Part shown: one piece after another, positions 28,040 through 37,402 of the stretch
How positions within the stretch are numbered: position 1 is the first letter of the stretch
Layout: every line of letters begins with the position of its first letter
Assembly: GCA_964474695.1 (NCBI GenBank)
Contig: CAYYTK010000024.1
Location: forward strand, 2,490 to 66,489
Origin: an uncultured Anaerolineales bacterium
Lineage (GTDB): Bacteria; Chloroflexota; Anaerolineae; CG2-30-64-16
Direction of reading: 5' to 3'
DNA length: 64,000 nt
Program-made: the position numbers and the translations under genes
The notes under the pieces: generated by a model
Seen by the model: the letters and a program-made list of their open reading frames with translations, nothing else
Told to the model about the DNA's origin: nothing
Database searches by the model: none

Positions 28040-28438
28040 TCAGGTCGGGCCGCCGGTCACATTCAGCCGCTCGACGATCACCTCGTTAAGCACGTGCGGC
28101 TTGCGCACCTTGTCGCCGAACGCGGCGATCAGCTCGCGCAGCGCCTTCAGCCCGGCCTCGTCGCCGGTGGCGGTCTCGGCGAAACGCGCTAGCGGGATGT
28201 CGTAGTCGCGGCTTGCCAGCTGGCCGTGCGCCCGAAGGCGCGTCCCTTCGGCCAGCGCGCTCGCGGCGAGCGCATGCGCGCCCTCGCAGCGCAGGGTCAG
28301 GTAGTCCGGCTCCTCCCGGCTGCCCGTGCGCCGCAGCGCGCGGCCGGGATCGGGATAGCAGGCGAGGCGCACGAAGCGCGTGTCGCCGAACGCCCAGACC
28401 TTGACCACCACCCCTTCGACGTGTGTCTCGTTCAGCAC
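28040..28438 (-). CDS. ssb: SSB-like OB-fold protein (no acidic tail)
   Basis: LNETHVEG.V...PDYLTLRC.G..A......EGTRLRAHGQLASRDY pattern. Confidence 0.65.
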   Translation of the reverse strand: MLNETHVEGVVVKVWAFGDTRFVRLACYPDPGRALRRTGSREEPDYLTLRCEGAHALAASALAEGTRLRAHGQLASRDYDIPLARFAETATGDEAGLKALRELIAAFGDKVRKPHVLNEVIVERLNVTGGPT

Positions 28439-28558
28439 TGCTTCCTCCTTGTCCGGGGGCAGGGGGCAAGGGACAGAAGCCGAACTGACAGCTGCCGCCT
28501 ACGCGGTGCGCGCACCCCGCAGACGCAGGCATCCCCGGCTCCTGTCCCCTGCCTCCTG

Positions 28559-29875
28559 TCACCACGTCTCCGCCCACAGTGCGCCGCGATCGTCGCCGGC
28601 GAGCAGCAGCTCCAGGTCGGTCGCCCGGCCGTGGACAATGCCCGCGGCCTTGGCGTCCGCAACCAGATGCTGCCGCACCTGGCGCGTGGGCGCACACAGC
28701 GCGACCGCGCCCTGCGCGTCCGTCAGTTCGGCCCACGGGGTGGCCGGCTCGGCCCCCCGCACAACCGCGTAGACCTGCTCGGCGCCTTTCACCAGCAGCA
28801 GGTCGGGCCGCTGCGGCCGTGTGGCCGGCGGGCAGACCTCGGTCTGGTAGCCGCGCTGGCGGGCGTGGCCCGCCAAAGCGCAGACCCAGGCGCTGTGCTT
28901 GACCTGGTCCGCGCCGTCGCGCGCTTCCAACCGGCCCCATTCCGACGCCACCGGCGTGACGCCGATCTCGTTCAGGACCCGTTGGCCCAGGTTGGTCAGC
29001 CGCAGGATGGCAATCCGCACCTGCCCGTCAGGTGCGCCGGCAGCAACCGTGCCCTCGATGCTCTCCGTGGCCTGGTGGATCAGGTTACGCTGCGCCAGCG
29101 GCCCAAAGAGGTCTTGTAGGCTCTTGTCCCGCTCGTTGACGCCGAGCTGCTCGACCACGCGGCGCAAGATCGCCTGGCGCAGCGACCAGCCCGTCGTCGC
29201 CAGCGCCACCAGCGCCCGCCCTTGCACGGGCCAGTTATCAAACAGCCGGGCGTACTTTGCCGGCGGCGCGGGCAGGTCCGCGGCGGCCGGCGCTGATGCA
29301 GCAGGTTGCGCTGCGCTGCGGCCGGGCTGGTCCGGCGCGCCGGGCGGCTGCGCCTCAACCGGCTCGGCCGCGTCAGCCTCCGCGTGTGCGGCGCCTTCCG
29401 CGGGGCGCGCCTTGGCCCTCTGCGCCGGGGTCCGCTCCGCCCGCTCCTTGTCCTTCAGTTCCCGCAGAGCCGCGGCCAGCGTCATCTTCTCCTGGCGCAA
29501 CTGCTGCGTCAGATCGCGCAGCCGGTTGTTCTCGGCCCGCACGACCCGCAGCTCGTCGCGCAGCCGGTTCAGCTCCGGCGCGCCGGGCGCCGCATCGGCA
29601 GCGGCCGGTAGGCCCCAATGGGCGCCGGCCGGCGGCGTCGGTCCGCCCTGGCCGGCGGAGAAGAAGACCAGCCATTCCGCGGCGGTCAGCCGTCGGAAGT
29701 AACCGGCTTCGCCGCGCTTGGCTGCGTCGGCCGCGGCCGGCGCCAGGGTGTGCGCCAGCCGTTCCAGCACGCCGACGTATTCCCGCACCTGGCCCTCGGC
29801 CAGCACCCGCAGCGCGTGCTCCCCGTCAAGGAGCTGCTGCCAGGTCTGGTCGAAGGCCGGATCGGACATCCCCAC
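28559..29875 (-). CDS. Coiled-coil plus wHTH plus restriction-endonuclease-like protein (Replic_Relax-like, uncertain)
   Basis: 438 aa; coiled coil, LRLTNLG wHTH end, KHS..V..L...GY...RPDLLL..G..VYAVV; the expected acidic catalytic residue is missing. Confidence 0.45.
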   Translation of the reverse strand: MGMSDPAFDQTWQQLLDGEHALRVLAEGQVREYVGVLERLAHTLAPAAADAAKRGEAGYFRRLTAAEWLVFFSAGQGGPTPPAGAHWGLPAAADAAPGAPELNRLRDELRVVRAENNRLRDLTQQLRQEKMTLAAALRELKDKERAERTPAQRAKARPAEGAAHAEADAAEPVEAQPPGAPDQPGRSAAQPAASAPAAADLPAPPAKYARLFDNWPVQGRALVALATTGWSLRQAILRRVVEQLGVNERDKSLQDLFGPLAQRNLIHQATESIEGTVAAGAPDGQVRIAILRLTNLGQRVLNEIGVTPVASEWGRLEARDGADQVKHSAWVCALAGHARQRGYQTEVCPPATRPQRPDLLLVKGAEQVYAVVRGAEPATPWAELTDAQGAVALCAPTRQVRQHLVADAKAAGIVHGRATDLELLLAGDDRGALWAETW

Positions 29876-30380
29876 CTGCCATCATGAGCGCCAGGTAGCT
29901 CCGGCGCAAGGCGCCCTCAGGCGCGGGCTCCGCCGGCCCGGCCAGCACCTGGATCCGGGCCAACGCCTCGTTCAGCGCGGCGACCGCCCGCTCGCGGGTC
30001 ACTGCCCCGCTGGCATACTGGGCGGCGGCCGCGGCCGCGTCGATCAGCGCCTGCCGCGCCCCGGCCGTGGCCGACACACCCTGCCGGTGCCCGGCGTAGA
30101 GCCGCTGCGCCAACAGCATCGCCTGCACCGGGTCCGGGCTGGCCGGCCCCGCCAGCAACGCCCGCAGCTCGCCGGCGTCGCGGGCCAGCCGCGCAGCCTC
30201 GCCCCGCGCCTGGCGCGCGAGGCTGGCGGCCGCCCAGCGCGCGGGCGTCAGCACAGCCGGGCGATCCGCCTCGACCGGCGTGACGCCGCGCCCCAGGAGG
30301 GCCAGGCCGACCAGGACCAGCGCAGCCAGGCAGCCGAACAGCAGCCGCTTGGCCGGCCACGCGCCCAGCTCGATCTCCAT
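29826..30380 (-). CDS. Membrane-anchored helical hypothetical protein
   Basis: N-terminal TM segment (LLFGCLAALVLVGLALLG) followed by Ala-rich helices. Confidence 0.55.
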   Translation of the reverse strand: MEIELGAWPAKRLLFGCLAALVLVGLALLGRGVTPVEADRPAVLTPARWAAASLARQARGEAARLARDAGELRALLAGPASPDPVQAMLLAQRLYAGHRQGVSATAGARQALIDAAAAAAQYASGAVTRERAVAALNEALARIQVLAGPAEPAPEGALRRSYLALMMAGGDVRSGLRPDLAAAP

Positions 30381-30440
30381 GCCTGCCCTTCCGCGCACCG
30401 GCACTCCCGCCGGCGCGCCAGTCCCTTCAGCGCGTCCGGT

Positions 30441-31007
30441 TCAGCGTTGGTCCATCCTGAACCGGCTCTGCGCAACGACCGGCACGGTGAAACGCGGCGA
30501 CAGCGCGAAGAAGACCTGCGTCGTGCCGCCGGCGTACACCGTGACCGTATCGCCCCCCTCATCGATCTGGAGCGCGCCCAACGCGGGCGCGTAGCCGCGC
30601 GCGGCCAGGTCACCCGTCGCGCGGACGAACTCGGCTGCCGCGTTGCCGTAGGCGTCGCCTGCCAGCCGCACCTCCCCGGTATTGCGGAAGTGCGGGATGT
30701 CCACGCTGCGCGCCGCGGCCTCCGCGGCCGCGTCCGCAGCCAGTTGCAGCCGTGTGCGCAGGGTGAAGTAGCGCGGCACGTCGATCGCCAGCCCGGCCAG
30801 GGGGATCAGCACGGTGATCACCACCAGGGTGTTCCACACCAGATCCCCGCGGCGGCCGAGCAGCCAGCGGACGGGAGTCAGGAGCCAGGTGACAGGTGTC
30901 AGACGCCAGCTGCCGGATTGCCTCCTGGCGCCTGATCCCTGATCACTGACGCCTGGGTTCTGTTCCCCGACTCCTGACCCCTGGTCCCTGATCCCTGCGT
31001 TCACCAT
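30441..31007 (-). CDS. TadG/Tad-domain pseudopilin with a repeat-derived N-terminus
   Basis: RRGDLVW..TM..LAIDVPRY..R..LQLAADAAAEAAA; start at 31007 overlaps the tadE stop. Confidence 0.75.
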   Translation of the reverse strand: MVNAGIRDQGSGVGEQNPGVSDQGSGARRQSGSWRLTPVTWLLTPVRWLLGRRGDLVWNTLVVITVLIPLAGLAIDVPRYFTLRTRLQLAADAAAEAAARSVDIPHFRNTGEVRLAGDAYGNAAAEFVRATGDLAARGYAPALGALQIDEGGDTVTVYAGGTTQVFFALSPRFTVPVVAQSRFRMDQR

Positions 31008-31399
31008 CCCTCCTTCCGGAATGCGCTGACGGCTTCCCCCTGGAGCGGCTGGTTGGCGCCGCCGAAGAGCGGCATCAGGCTGCCGTAGACGTTGGGAAAC
31101 TCCCAGCCGACGCGCACGACCACCTGGCCGCCGGGCGCGGTGTCGGCGGCCACCTCGACATGGTACGTGCCCACCCCGCCGGCCAGCGCGTGCTGCGCTG
31201 CAGCCAGGCCGCGGTTGACCGCGTCGGTCTGGCTGACCGACGCGGCGCGCGCCGCGTAGTTGGCCGCGTTGTTGGCCGTCACGGAGCAGTACCCGGCGAG
31301 CGCCAGGTTGACCAACGCCAGCGCGACCAACGCCATCAGGGGCATGGTCAGCGCACTTTCGACCATGTCGCCCCGGCGCCCTTTGAGCCACTGGATCAT
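31001..31399 (-). CDS. tadE: TadE-like pseudopilin
   Basis: RRGDMVESALTMPL...NAANYAARAASV. Confidence 0.85.
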   Translation of the reverse strand: MIQWLKGRRGDMVESALTMPLMALVALALVNLALAGYCSVTANNAANYAARAASVSQTDAVNRGLAAAQHALAGGVGTYHVEVAADTAPGGQVVVRVGWEFPNVYGSLMPLFGGANQPLQGEAVSAFRKEGW

Positions 31400-31435
31400 G
31401 CTGGCCTCACAGTAGCGGGTGAGCGCCCGCCTCGC

Positions 31436-31582
31436 CTAGAACGAGCCGACGACGGTGGTCAGCTTCTCCGCCAGCCGCTGGCCCAGGGTGACCCAGAGCG
31501 CGACGGCTGCGACGACGATGGCGGCGAGGATCAACCCCCTTTCCACCATATCCCCTTCCGTGCCCAGAAGCCACTGCCTCAT
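31436..31582 (-). CDS. flp: Flp pilin (48 aa, absent from the ORF track)
   Basis: MRQWLLGTEGDMVERGLILAAIVVAAVALWVTLGQRLAEKLTTVVGSF; AAAGGAGG SD; directly upstream of tadE. Confidence 0.8.
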   Translation of the reverse strand: MRQWLLGTEGDMVERGLILAAIVVAAVALWVTLGQRLAEKLTTVVGSF

Positions 31583-31633
31583 GCTGCTACCCTCCTTTGC
31601 GCAAGATGACGGCGCCCGTGCCGGGCGCTTAAC

Positions 31634-31666
31634 AAAAAAAGGGGTCCCTCCCTTGCGGGGAACCCC
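31634..31666 (-). terminator. Promoter-proximal intrinsic terminator upstream of flp
   Basis: GGGGTTCCCC-GCAA-GGGAGGGACCCC-TTTTTTT on the minus strand. Confidence 0.8.
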
Positions 31667-31684
31667 TTTCAGACAACTACCGCT

Positions 31685-31722
31685 ATTCTACCAGGCCTCC
31701 CACGCGATGTCAAGATGCGTGG
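31685..31722 (-). promoter_or_regulatory. Near-consensus sigma70 promoter with an inverted repeat over the -35
   Basis: TTGACA (31713-31708), 17-bp spacer, TAGAAT (31690-31685); CCACGC/GCGTGG inverted repeat at 31700-31722. Confidence 0.8.
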
Positions 31723-32019
31723 CGCGAGTTTGAGCCCATGCGCACAATCGTATGATTCTCACGATTCTGTACACGCCGGACGATCCCACTACGCCAATCA
31801 ACGCCCGGCAAGCCGGCGCGCCTACAGGCATGACAGGGGTCATGGCGGCAGCTCGGACGCCGGCATAAAATGGAGACAAGCGCGGCTAACGGACTACACA
31901 CAGCAGTTCTTCCAGCGGTGCAACACTGGCCCGGCGGCGCTGACGGTTTGATCTGCGCCCAGATAGACCCAAGATCTGGCGCAGTCGGCGGCCTCTGTGA
32001 AGTGGCAGGAGGAGGAAAT

Positions 32020-32505
32020 ATGGGAGATTGGGTCTTTATTGCGCTCGTGGGTGCGGCGGTCGTGCACATCTTCGAGGAATACGTCTACCCCGGCGGGTTC
32101 GCAGAGGCATGGCGGAAGCTGCTGCCAAGGGCAGCCCATCTTTTCACGGCGAAGTTCCAGCTCGCGGTGAACGGCGTGTTCCTCCTGCTGTGTCTGCTCT
32201 GCGCGTGGATCGGTCGGGCCAACCTGGTGATAAGCTTGTCCGCCTTCAGCCTGATCTTCGCCAACGCTCTGCTGCACATCCGCGGGGCCATTCTCCAGAA
32301 GAGGTACTATCCCGGCGTCATTTCGAGCGTGTTGATCTACATCCCGCTGGCGATCTACGCGTACGCCGGGTTTCTCGCGGCCGGCCAACTGACGTGGCCG
32401 CAGGCGGGCCTCTCGGTGCTGTTAGGCGCGGCGTGCATGGGGCTGCTCATGGTCTACGTTCTGCGTCGCCAGGTGCATGCCGGCGGGCTGCCCAGGAGCA
32501 AGTAG
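32020..32505 (+). CDS. HXXEE domain membrane protein
   Basis: VHIFEEY..PGGF; multiple TMs; YYPG; strong SD. Confidence 0.85.
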   Translation: MGDWVFIALVGAAVVHIFEEYVYPGGFAEAWRKLLPRAAHLFTAKFQLAVNGVFLLLCLLCAWIGRANLVISLSAFSLIFANALLHIRGAILQKRYYPGVISSVLIYIPLAIYAYAGFLAAGQLTWPQAGLSVLLGAACMGLLMVYVLRRQVHAGGLPRSK

Positions 32506-32509
32506 CGCA

Positions 32510-32890
32510 ATGATCGATGTATCCATCCAGGGAAGTAGGATTGTCTTCCAGGTTAGCGAATCGGATCGGCTGTGGTCGCTCCAAAGCCGGCTGGAGATTC
32601 CCATCCCGCACATCCAAGCGGCCACCATTGACACCCATCCCGCGATGGGCTGGTTCCAGGGCTTCAAGCTGGCGGGTACAGACGTGCCCGGTGTCTTTCG
32701 GGCCGGCACCTTTCATCAAGACGGCGGCCTGGTGTTCTGGGACGTGCGGCGCCCCGAACACACCATCGTTATCGAGCTCAAGCATGAGAAGTATCAGAAA
32801 CTGATCGTTGAGGTGGCTGATCCCGATGCCGTCGTGAAGATGATCAACGGCGTTCTGGCCGGGGACGGAGCGCCTCATGGCGCAGCCTGA
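32510..32890 (+). CDS. Conserved-looking hypothetical protein (PH-like)
   Basis: LWSL..RLEIP..HI...G.K.AGT.VPGV..AGTF...G...FWDVR pattern. Confidence 0.65.
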   Translation: MIDVSIQGSRIVFQVSESDRLWSLQSRLEIPIPHIQAATIDTHPAMGWFQGFKLAGTDVPGVFRAGTFHQDGGLVFWDVRRPEHTIVIELKHEKYQKLIVEVADPDAVVKMINGVLAGDGAPHGAA

Positions 32891-33137
32891 CGACGCCGCA
32901 GGGGCTGCAGAGGGCCCGGATCTCGGGTTCACCTACCGCGTTAGAAAGAGCGGCGAGATCGAAATCCGCCATCGAGGACGCATCGCGGCCATCCTGCGCG
33001 GGCGGGCGGCCGCCGGCTTCCTGGCCGAGGCGGAGAGCGGCTTCACGGCGGCGCAGCAGGCGATGGCGCGGCTCACCGGCAACTATAAACACGGGAATGA
33101 GCACGCCGCGCGCCGGCATCCCCGCAACCGGCCCTGA
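32877..33137 (+). CDS. Small hypothetical protein
   Basis: FTYR.RK.GE.EI..RGR.A..LRG..A..F...QQ.MAR.TGNYKHGNE; overlaps the upstream stop. Confidence 0.65.
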   Translation: MAQPDDAAGAAEGPDLGFTYRVRKSGEIEIRHRGRIAAILRGRAAAGFLAEAESGFTAAQQAMARLTGNYKHGNEHAARRHPRNRP

Positions 33138-33176
33138 CCGGCGCGCGAGGTATATCAGACGGGAAAGGAGCAGCAA

Positions 33177-33851
33177 GTGGATACTGCAGCGCACCGGAAC
33201 ATGCTTCTGGGTTTGGCGGCGGTCTTGGGTTTGACCTTGTCCCTTGGGCTAATGGCAGTGTTGTCCGCGCCTCCACCCGTGCAGGCCGCGGGCCAGGCCG
33301 GGCCCCTGGCCCGTGACGCCGCAGGCCACCCGGTGGACCCTGCGACCCACCCGGCCATCCGCCCGTCGGCGGTTGAAACCGTCACGACCTTCATCATCAG
33401 CAACGAGGCCCCCGGCCATCTGGTGGACGACCTGATCGTCCGGGGCCACGGCAACGACACCCTGCTGCAGGTCCTGGCGCACCTGCGAGCGCAGTCGGGC
33501 GGGGCCATCCCCGACGCCTTCTACAACCAGGTGGCCGCCGCGCCGCCCGGCAGCGAAGTGTTTACTGCTCGCCTGAACTCGTACGCCGGGCTGGTCGGGG
33601 GGATTGAGATCGGGGCAGATGGAACTGTCTCCATTCCAGAAGTTGAGGGCCAGGCCTACGCCGGTGTGCCGGGCTTCACATCGACGCCCAGCCTGGATGG
33701 CCGGTTCACCTTCACGGTCACCCAGGATCGCGAGCGGTACATCTACACCCACAGTAATGACTACGGCGGCGGCTTCACCAGGAACTACTACGCCTTCGGC
33801 ATCGCGTGGCGGGGAAGGCAGATGGTCTTTCTGCCCCTCGTGCGGCGATGA
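33177..33851 (+). CDS. Secreted protein with a C-terminal FLPLV tag
   Basis: N-terminal signal/TM; ends MVFLPLVRR. Confidence 0.7.
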   Translation: MDTAAHRNMLLGLAAVLGLTLSLGLMAVLSAPPPVQAAGQAGPLARDAAGHPVDPATHPAIRPSAVETVTTFIISNEAPGHLVDDLIVRGHGNDTLLQVLAHLRAQSGGAIPDAFYNQVAAAPPGSEVFTARLNSYAGLVGGIEIGADGTVSIPEVEGQAYAGVPGFTSTPSLDGRFTFTVTQDRERYIYTHSNDYGGGFTRNYYAFGIAWRGRQMVFLPLVRR

Positions 33852-33984
33852 TCGAAGACACTGCGCGCACTGACCGCACGGGCCGGCGGCCGGGCGCATC
33901 CTGAATCCCAAGCAAACGAGGCCGGTGCCGGCTGACGCCGCCGGATGCTCGTTCACGCTGCGGCACACAAGGAGTGCTTACTGC

Positions 33985-34956
33985 ATGCCCAGGATCACAG
34001 CCATCCCCTATCGCACCGACGATCACGGCAGCTTTGAGGAGGAGTGGGGCTGCCACCAGCGGGTCTCGGAGTGGTGGTACGCCACGGGCTACTTCACGGC
34101 CGCCGAGGATCGGATGTACTCCTACCAGTTCACCCTGGTCCGGCCGCACCTGTTCGGCCTCCGCCCCAACGTGCTCATGCTGGCGCTGACCGATTTCGCC
34201 ACCGGCCGGCACACCTACGCGCAGCAGACAGCCTTGACGAGCAGTGACATCACGATTGACCGCCAGGGAGTCCAGTGGGGCGACACCGCGCAACTGGTCA
34301 AGGGCGCGCAGGGGATGCACTTCACCGGCCGGCATCGAGACTTCGCGCTCGACCTGGCGCTCGACTACGGCAAGGGCGCGGTCTGGCACTGCGACGACGG
34401 CGTGCTGCACATGGGGCTGGCCGCGCCCAAGGAGACCACCCTGTACTTCTCCTACACCAACATGCCCACCACGGGCACGCTGACCCTGGGGGATCAAACC
34501 TGGCCGGTGCGGGGCAAGTCCTGGTTCGACAAGCAGGGCGGCCCGTTCAGCCTCATGAATCGGCTGACGCATTGGGAGTGGTTCTCGCTGCGCTTCTTCG
34601 ACGACGAGGAGTTGATGCTGTTCACCTTTCCGCAGAGCGGCTATCAGGACGGCACCACCATCCCCCGCGCCGGCGGCGCCCGGCGGCTGACGGCGTACAC
34701 CGTCCGGCCGCTGGACTTCGTGACGGTCAACGGCGCCAGGTTTTCCACCGGCTGGACTCTGGACGCACCCGGCCTGAAGGCCGAGCATTACACGATCCGG
34801 CCGCTGATGCAGGGCCAACTCAACCTGGCTTACTTCGAGCAGTTGGCCGGCGTCTACGATCCGGCGGACCAGCAGGTCGGGCTGTGTTTCGTGGAGCTCC
34901 TGCCCGGCGTCTACAACAAGGTGTCCCCGGCGCTGCTGTTCAAGAAGGTGGGGTAG
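33985..34956 (+). CDS. Lipocalin-like / AttH-CrtC hydratase family protein
   Basis: SEWWY.TG, YFSYTN, V.GKSWFDKQGG, WEWFSL, YFE..G..ELL. Confidence 0.8.
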   Translation: MPRITAIPYRTDDHGSFEEEWGCHQRVSEWWYATGYFTAAEDRMYSYQFTLVRPHLFGLRPNVLMLALTDFATGRHTYAQQTALTSSDITIDRQGVQWGDTAQLVKGAQGMHFTGRHRDFALDLALDYGKGAVWHCDDGVLHMGLAAPKETTLYFSYTNMPTTGTLTLGDQTWPVRGKSWFDKQGGPFSLMNRLTHWEWFSLRFFDDEELMLFTFPQSGYQDGTTIPRAGGARRLTAYTVRPLDFVTVNGARFSTGWTLDAPGLKAEHYTIRPLMQGQLNLAYFEQLAGVYDPADQQVGLCFVELLPGVYNKVSPALLFKKVG

Positions 34957-34996
34957 AGACGGCCCGGCCACGGGGCGAGGACTGCGGGGGGATGCT

Positions 34997-35458
34997 ATGG
35001 AACCGTGCCTGACGTGTCAATTGGTGGCGCGACGGGACGCCGGCGCGGCCCCACCGTGGGACTGCATCCAGCGGACCCAGTGTTGGGATGTCGTACACAG
35101 CTACAATACGGCCCTGCCGGGTTGGCTGGTGATCGTGGCGCGGCGGCACATCGAGGCGCTGCACGAGCTCACGCCGCCGGAAGCGGCTGAGCTGGGCCTC
35201 CTGATCCGCCAGGTCTCCATAGCCCTGCGCGACGTCACCGGCTGCCTCAAGACCTATGTGATCCAGTTCGCGGAGGCCGCCGAGCATCCGCACGTGCATT
35301 TCCACATCGTGCCGCGGATGGCCGATCAGCCCGAAGCGTATCGGAGCACCAAGGTGTTCGCGTACTTGGGCGTCCCCGAAGCGGAACGGGTCAGCGACGC
35401 GTGGATGAACGAGATCGCGGCCCGGATCCGGCCGCTTTTGCAGGCACCGATGCAGTGA
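34997..35458 (+). CDS. HIT family hydrolase
   Basis: [26 protein letters not shown]. Confidence 0.9.
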   Translation: MEPCLTCQLVARRDAGAAPPWDCIQRTQCWDVVHSYNTALPGWLVIVARRHIEALHELTPPEAAELGLLIRQVSIALRDVTGCLKTYVIQFAEAAEHPHVHFHIVPRMADQPEAYRSTKVFAYLGVPEAERVSDAWMNEIAARIRPLLQAPMQ

Positions 35459-35481
35459 CCGCCGCAAGGTCGGAGGAGAGC

Positions 35482-36393
35482 GTGAGAGCAGTCGTCTATA
35501 CCAGGTATGGTCCACCGGACGTGCTCCAAGTCCGGGAAGTGGCGCAGCCCGTTCCCGGAGAGCACGAGATCCTGGTGCGCGTGCACGCCGCCACGGTGTC
35601 GGCCGGCGACGTGCGCATGCGCAAGGCCGACCCGTTTGCAGCACGGCTCTACAACGGCCTGCTGCGGCCAAGCCGGGTGACGATCCTGGGCTTTGAGCTG
35701 GCCGGGGAGGTCGCCGCGATCGGCAGCCGGGTCAGTCGCTACCGGCCGGGCGATCCGGTCTTCGCCTTCACCGGGTTTCGCTTCGGCGCCTATGCCGAAT
35801 ACCGATGTCTGCCGGAGGTCGGAACGGTCAATCAAGGGCTGGTGGCCGTGAAACCGGCTAACATGACCTACGAGGAGGCCGCCGCGCTGCCCGGCGGGGG
35901 GCTTACGGCGCTGGGCTTCCTGCGCAAAGGTGAGATTCAGAGCAAGCGCAAGGTGCTCATCTACGGCGCTTCCGCCAGCGTGGGGACCTATGCGGTGCAG
36001 TTGGCCAGGCACTTCGGCGCGGAGGTCGTCGGGGTCTGCAGCACCACCAACCTGGAGCTGGTGCGCTCGCTGGGCGCCGAGCGGGTCATCGACTACACTC
36101 GTGAGGATTTCGCCCGCCGCGGCGAGACCTACGATCTCATCTTCGATGCGGTGGGCAAGGCCGCGCCGGCGCACTGCCAGACCGCGCTCAGCCCCGGCGG
36201 GGTCTACCTTGCCGTCACGGGGTCGGCCAAGATCGCACCTGAGGACTTGACCACCCTCAAGGAGCTGGTCGAGGCAGGAGCGGTGCGGGCGGTCATCGAC
36301 AGGCGCTATCCGCTGGATCAGATCATCGAGGCGCACCGGTACGTCGAAGGCGGGCACAAGGTGGGAAATGTCGTCATCACAGTCGCGCCATGA
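35482..36393 (+). CDS. NAD(P)-dependent alcohol dehydrogenase / quinone oxidoreductase (MDR family)
   Basis: [53 protein letters not shown]. Confidence 0.9.
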   Translation: MRAVVYTRYGPPDVLQVREVAQPVPGEHEILVRVHAATVSAGDVRMRKADPFAARLYNGLLRPSRVTILGFELAGEVAAIGSRVSRYRPGDPVFAFTGFRFGAYAEYRCLPEVGTVNQGLVAVKPANMTYEEAAALPGGGLTALGFLRKGEIQSKRKVLIYGASASVGTYAVQLARHFGAEVVGVCSTTNLELVRSLGAERVIDYTREDFARRGETYDLIFDAVGKAAPAHCQTALSPGGVYLAVTGSAKIAPEDLTTLKELVEAGAVRAVIDRRYPLDQIIEAHRYVEGGHKVGNVVITVAP

Positions 36394-37340
36394 GCCGCGG
36401 AACAATGCCGGCGGGAACCGCCGTCCCGCATGACCTGTTGCTCCAACTGCTGAGACAGACGCTTGGCGCCGGGGTCGAGGTGGCCGGCTGCAAGATCGCC
36501 AACCAGCAGCATGAGTATCTTGTCCTGCTGCTCCAACTCCGCCGCCCAGCCATCAAGGTGGTGGCGAAACTGGCCGGACCCGCCGCGCCGCTGGCAGCCG
36601 CATTTGAGCGCACCGCCATGCTCCAGCGCCTGGTGGCGACGCAGACGACCATCCCCATGCCCGAAACGCTGGCTGTCGACACCGCCTGCCGGGCCTGGCC
36701 CTGGCGCTACTGCATCAAGACGCACATTCCGGGCCAGGAGTGGGCGACCGCAAGGCGCCAGATGACCGGGGAGGAGTTGTCCGACGCCTACCGGCAAATC
36801 GGCAGCGCCGTGGCACAACTGCACATGATTCACTTCCCCGCCTTCGGTGAACTCGCGGCGAATGGCGATGTCCGGGGCGATCAGCCATACCCGGCAGCGT
36901 TACAGGAACATGCACGGGCGATCATCAGGAGCGCACGCCTGTGCGATCTGTTCTGCTCGGCGTTGGAGCAACAGCGGCCGCTCTTCCTGGATGTGCCGCA
37001 CGCCAGCCTCTGTCACGAAGACCTGCACAAGCACAACATCCTGTTCAGGCGTCACCGGGGGCGGTGGTGCCTGGCAACGATCCTGGACTTCGACAAGGCG
37101 TGGGCCGGCCATCATGAGACGGACCTGGCCCGGCTTGAGTTGTGGCAGGGCATGACGAGCGCTGAATTCTGGGAGTCGTATGAGGCAATCTGTCCTGTCG
37201 CGCCGCTGTATAGAGAACGGCGCGCGCTCTACCAGCTGCTCTGGTGTCTCGAGTATGCCCGCCCTACGGCCGAGCACCTCGCAGATACGCAACGCCTCTG
37301 CCAGGAACTCGGACTCCCGCGTTTTGAGCGGTTTGACTGA
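36390..37340 (+). CDS. Aminoglycoside phosphotransferase / choline kinase-like protein
   Basis: [24 protein letters not shown]. Confidence 0.85.
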   Translation: MSRGTMPAGTAVPHDLLLQLLRQTLGAGVEVAGCKIANQQHEYLVLLLQLRRPAIKVVAKLAGPAAPLAAAFERTAMLQRLVATQTTIPMPETLAVDTACRAWPWRYCIKTHIPGQEWATARRQMTGEELSDAYRQIGSAVAQLHMIHFPAFGELAANGDVRGDQPYPAALQEHARAIIRSARLCDLFCSALEQQRPLFLDVPHASLCHEDLHKHNILFRRHRGRWCLATILDFDKAWAGHHETDLARLELWQGMTSAEFWESYEAICPVAPLYRERRALYQLLWCLEYARPTAEHLADTQRLCQELGLPRFERFD

Positions 37341-37402
37341 AAGCCCCAGTCCGCGGCCTGGGACTGATCAACCGTCTATCGGGAGCGGCTCTGGGAGCTA
37401 TC

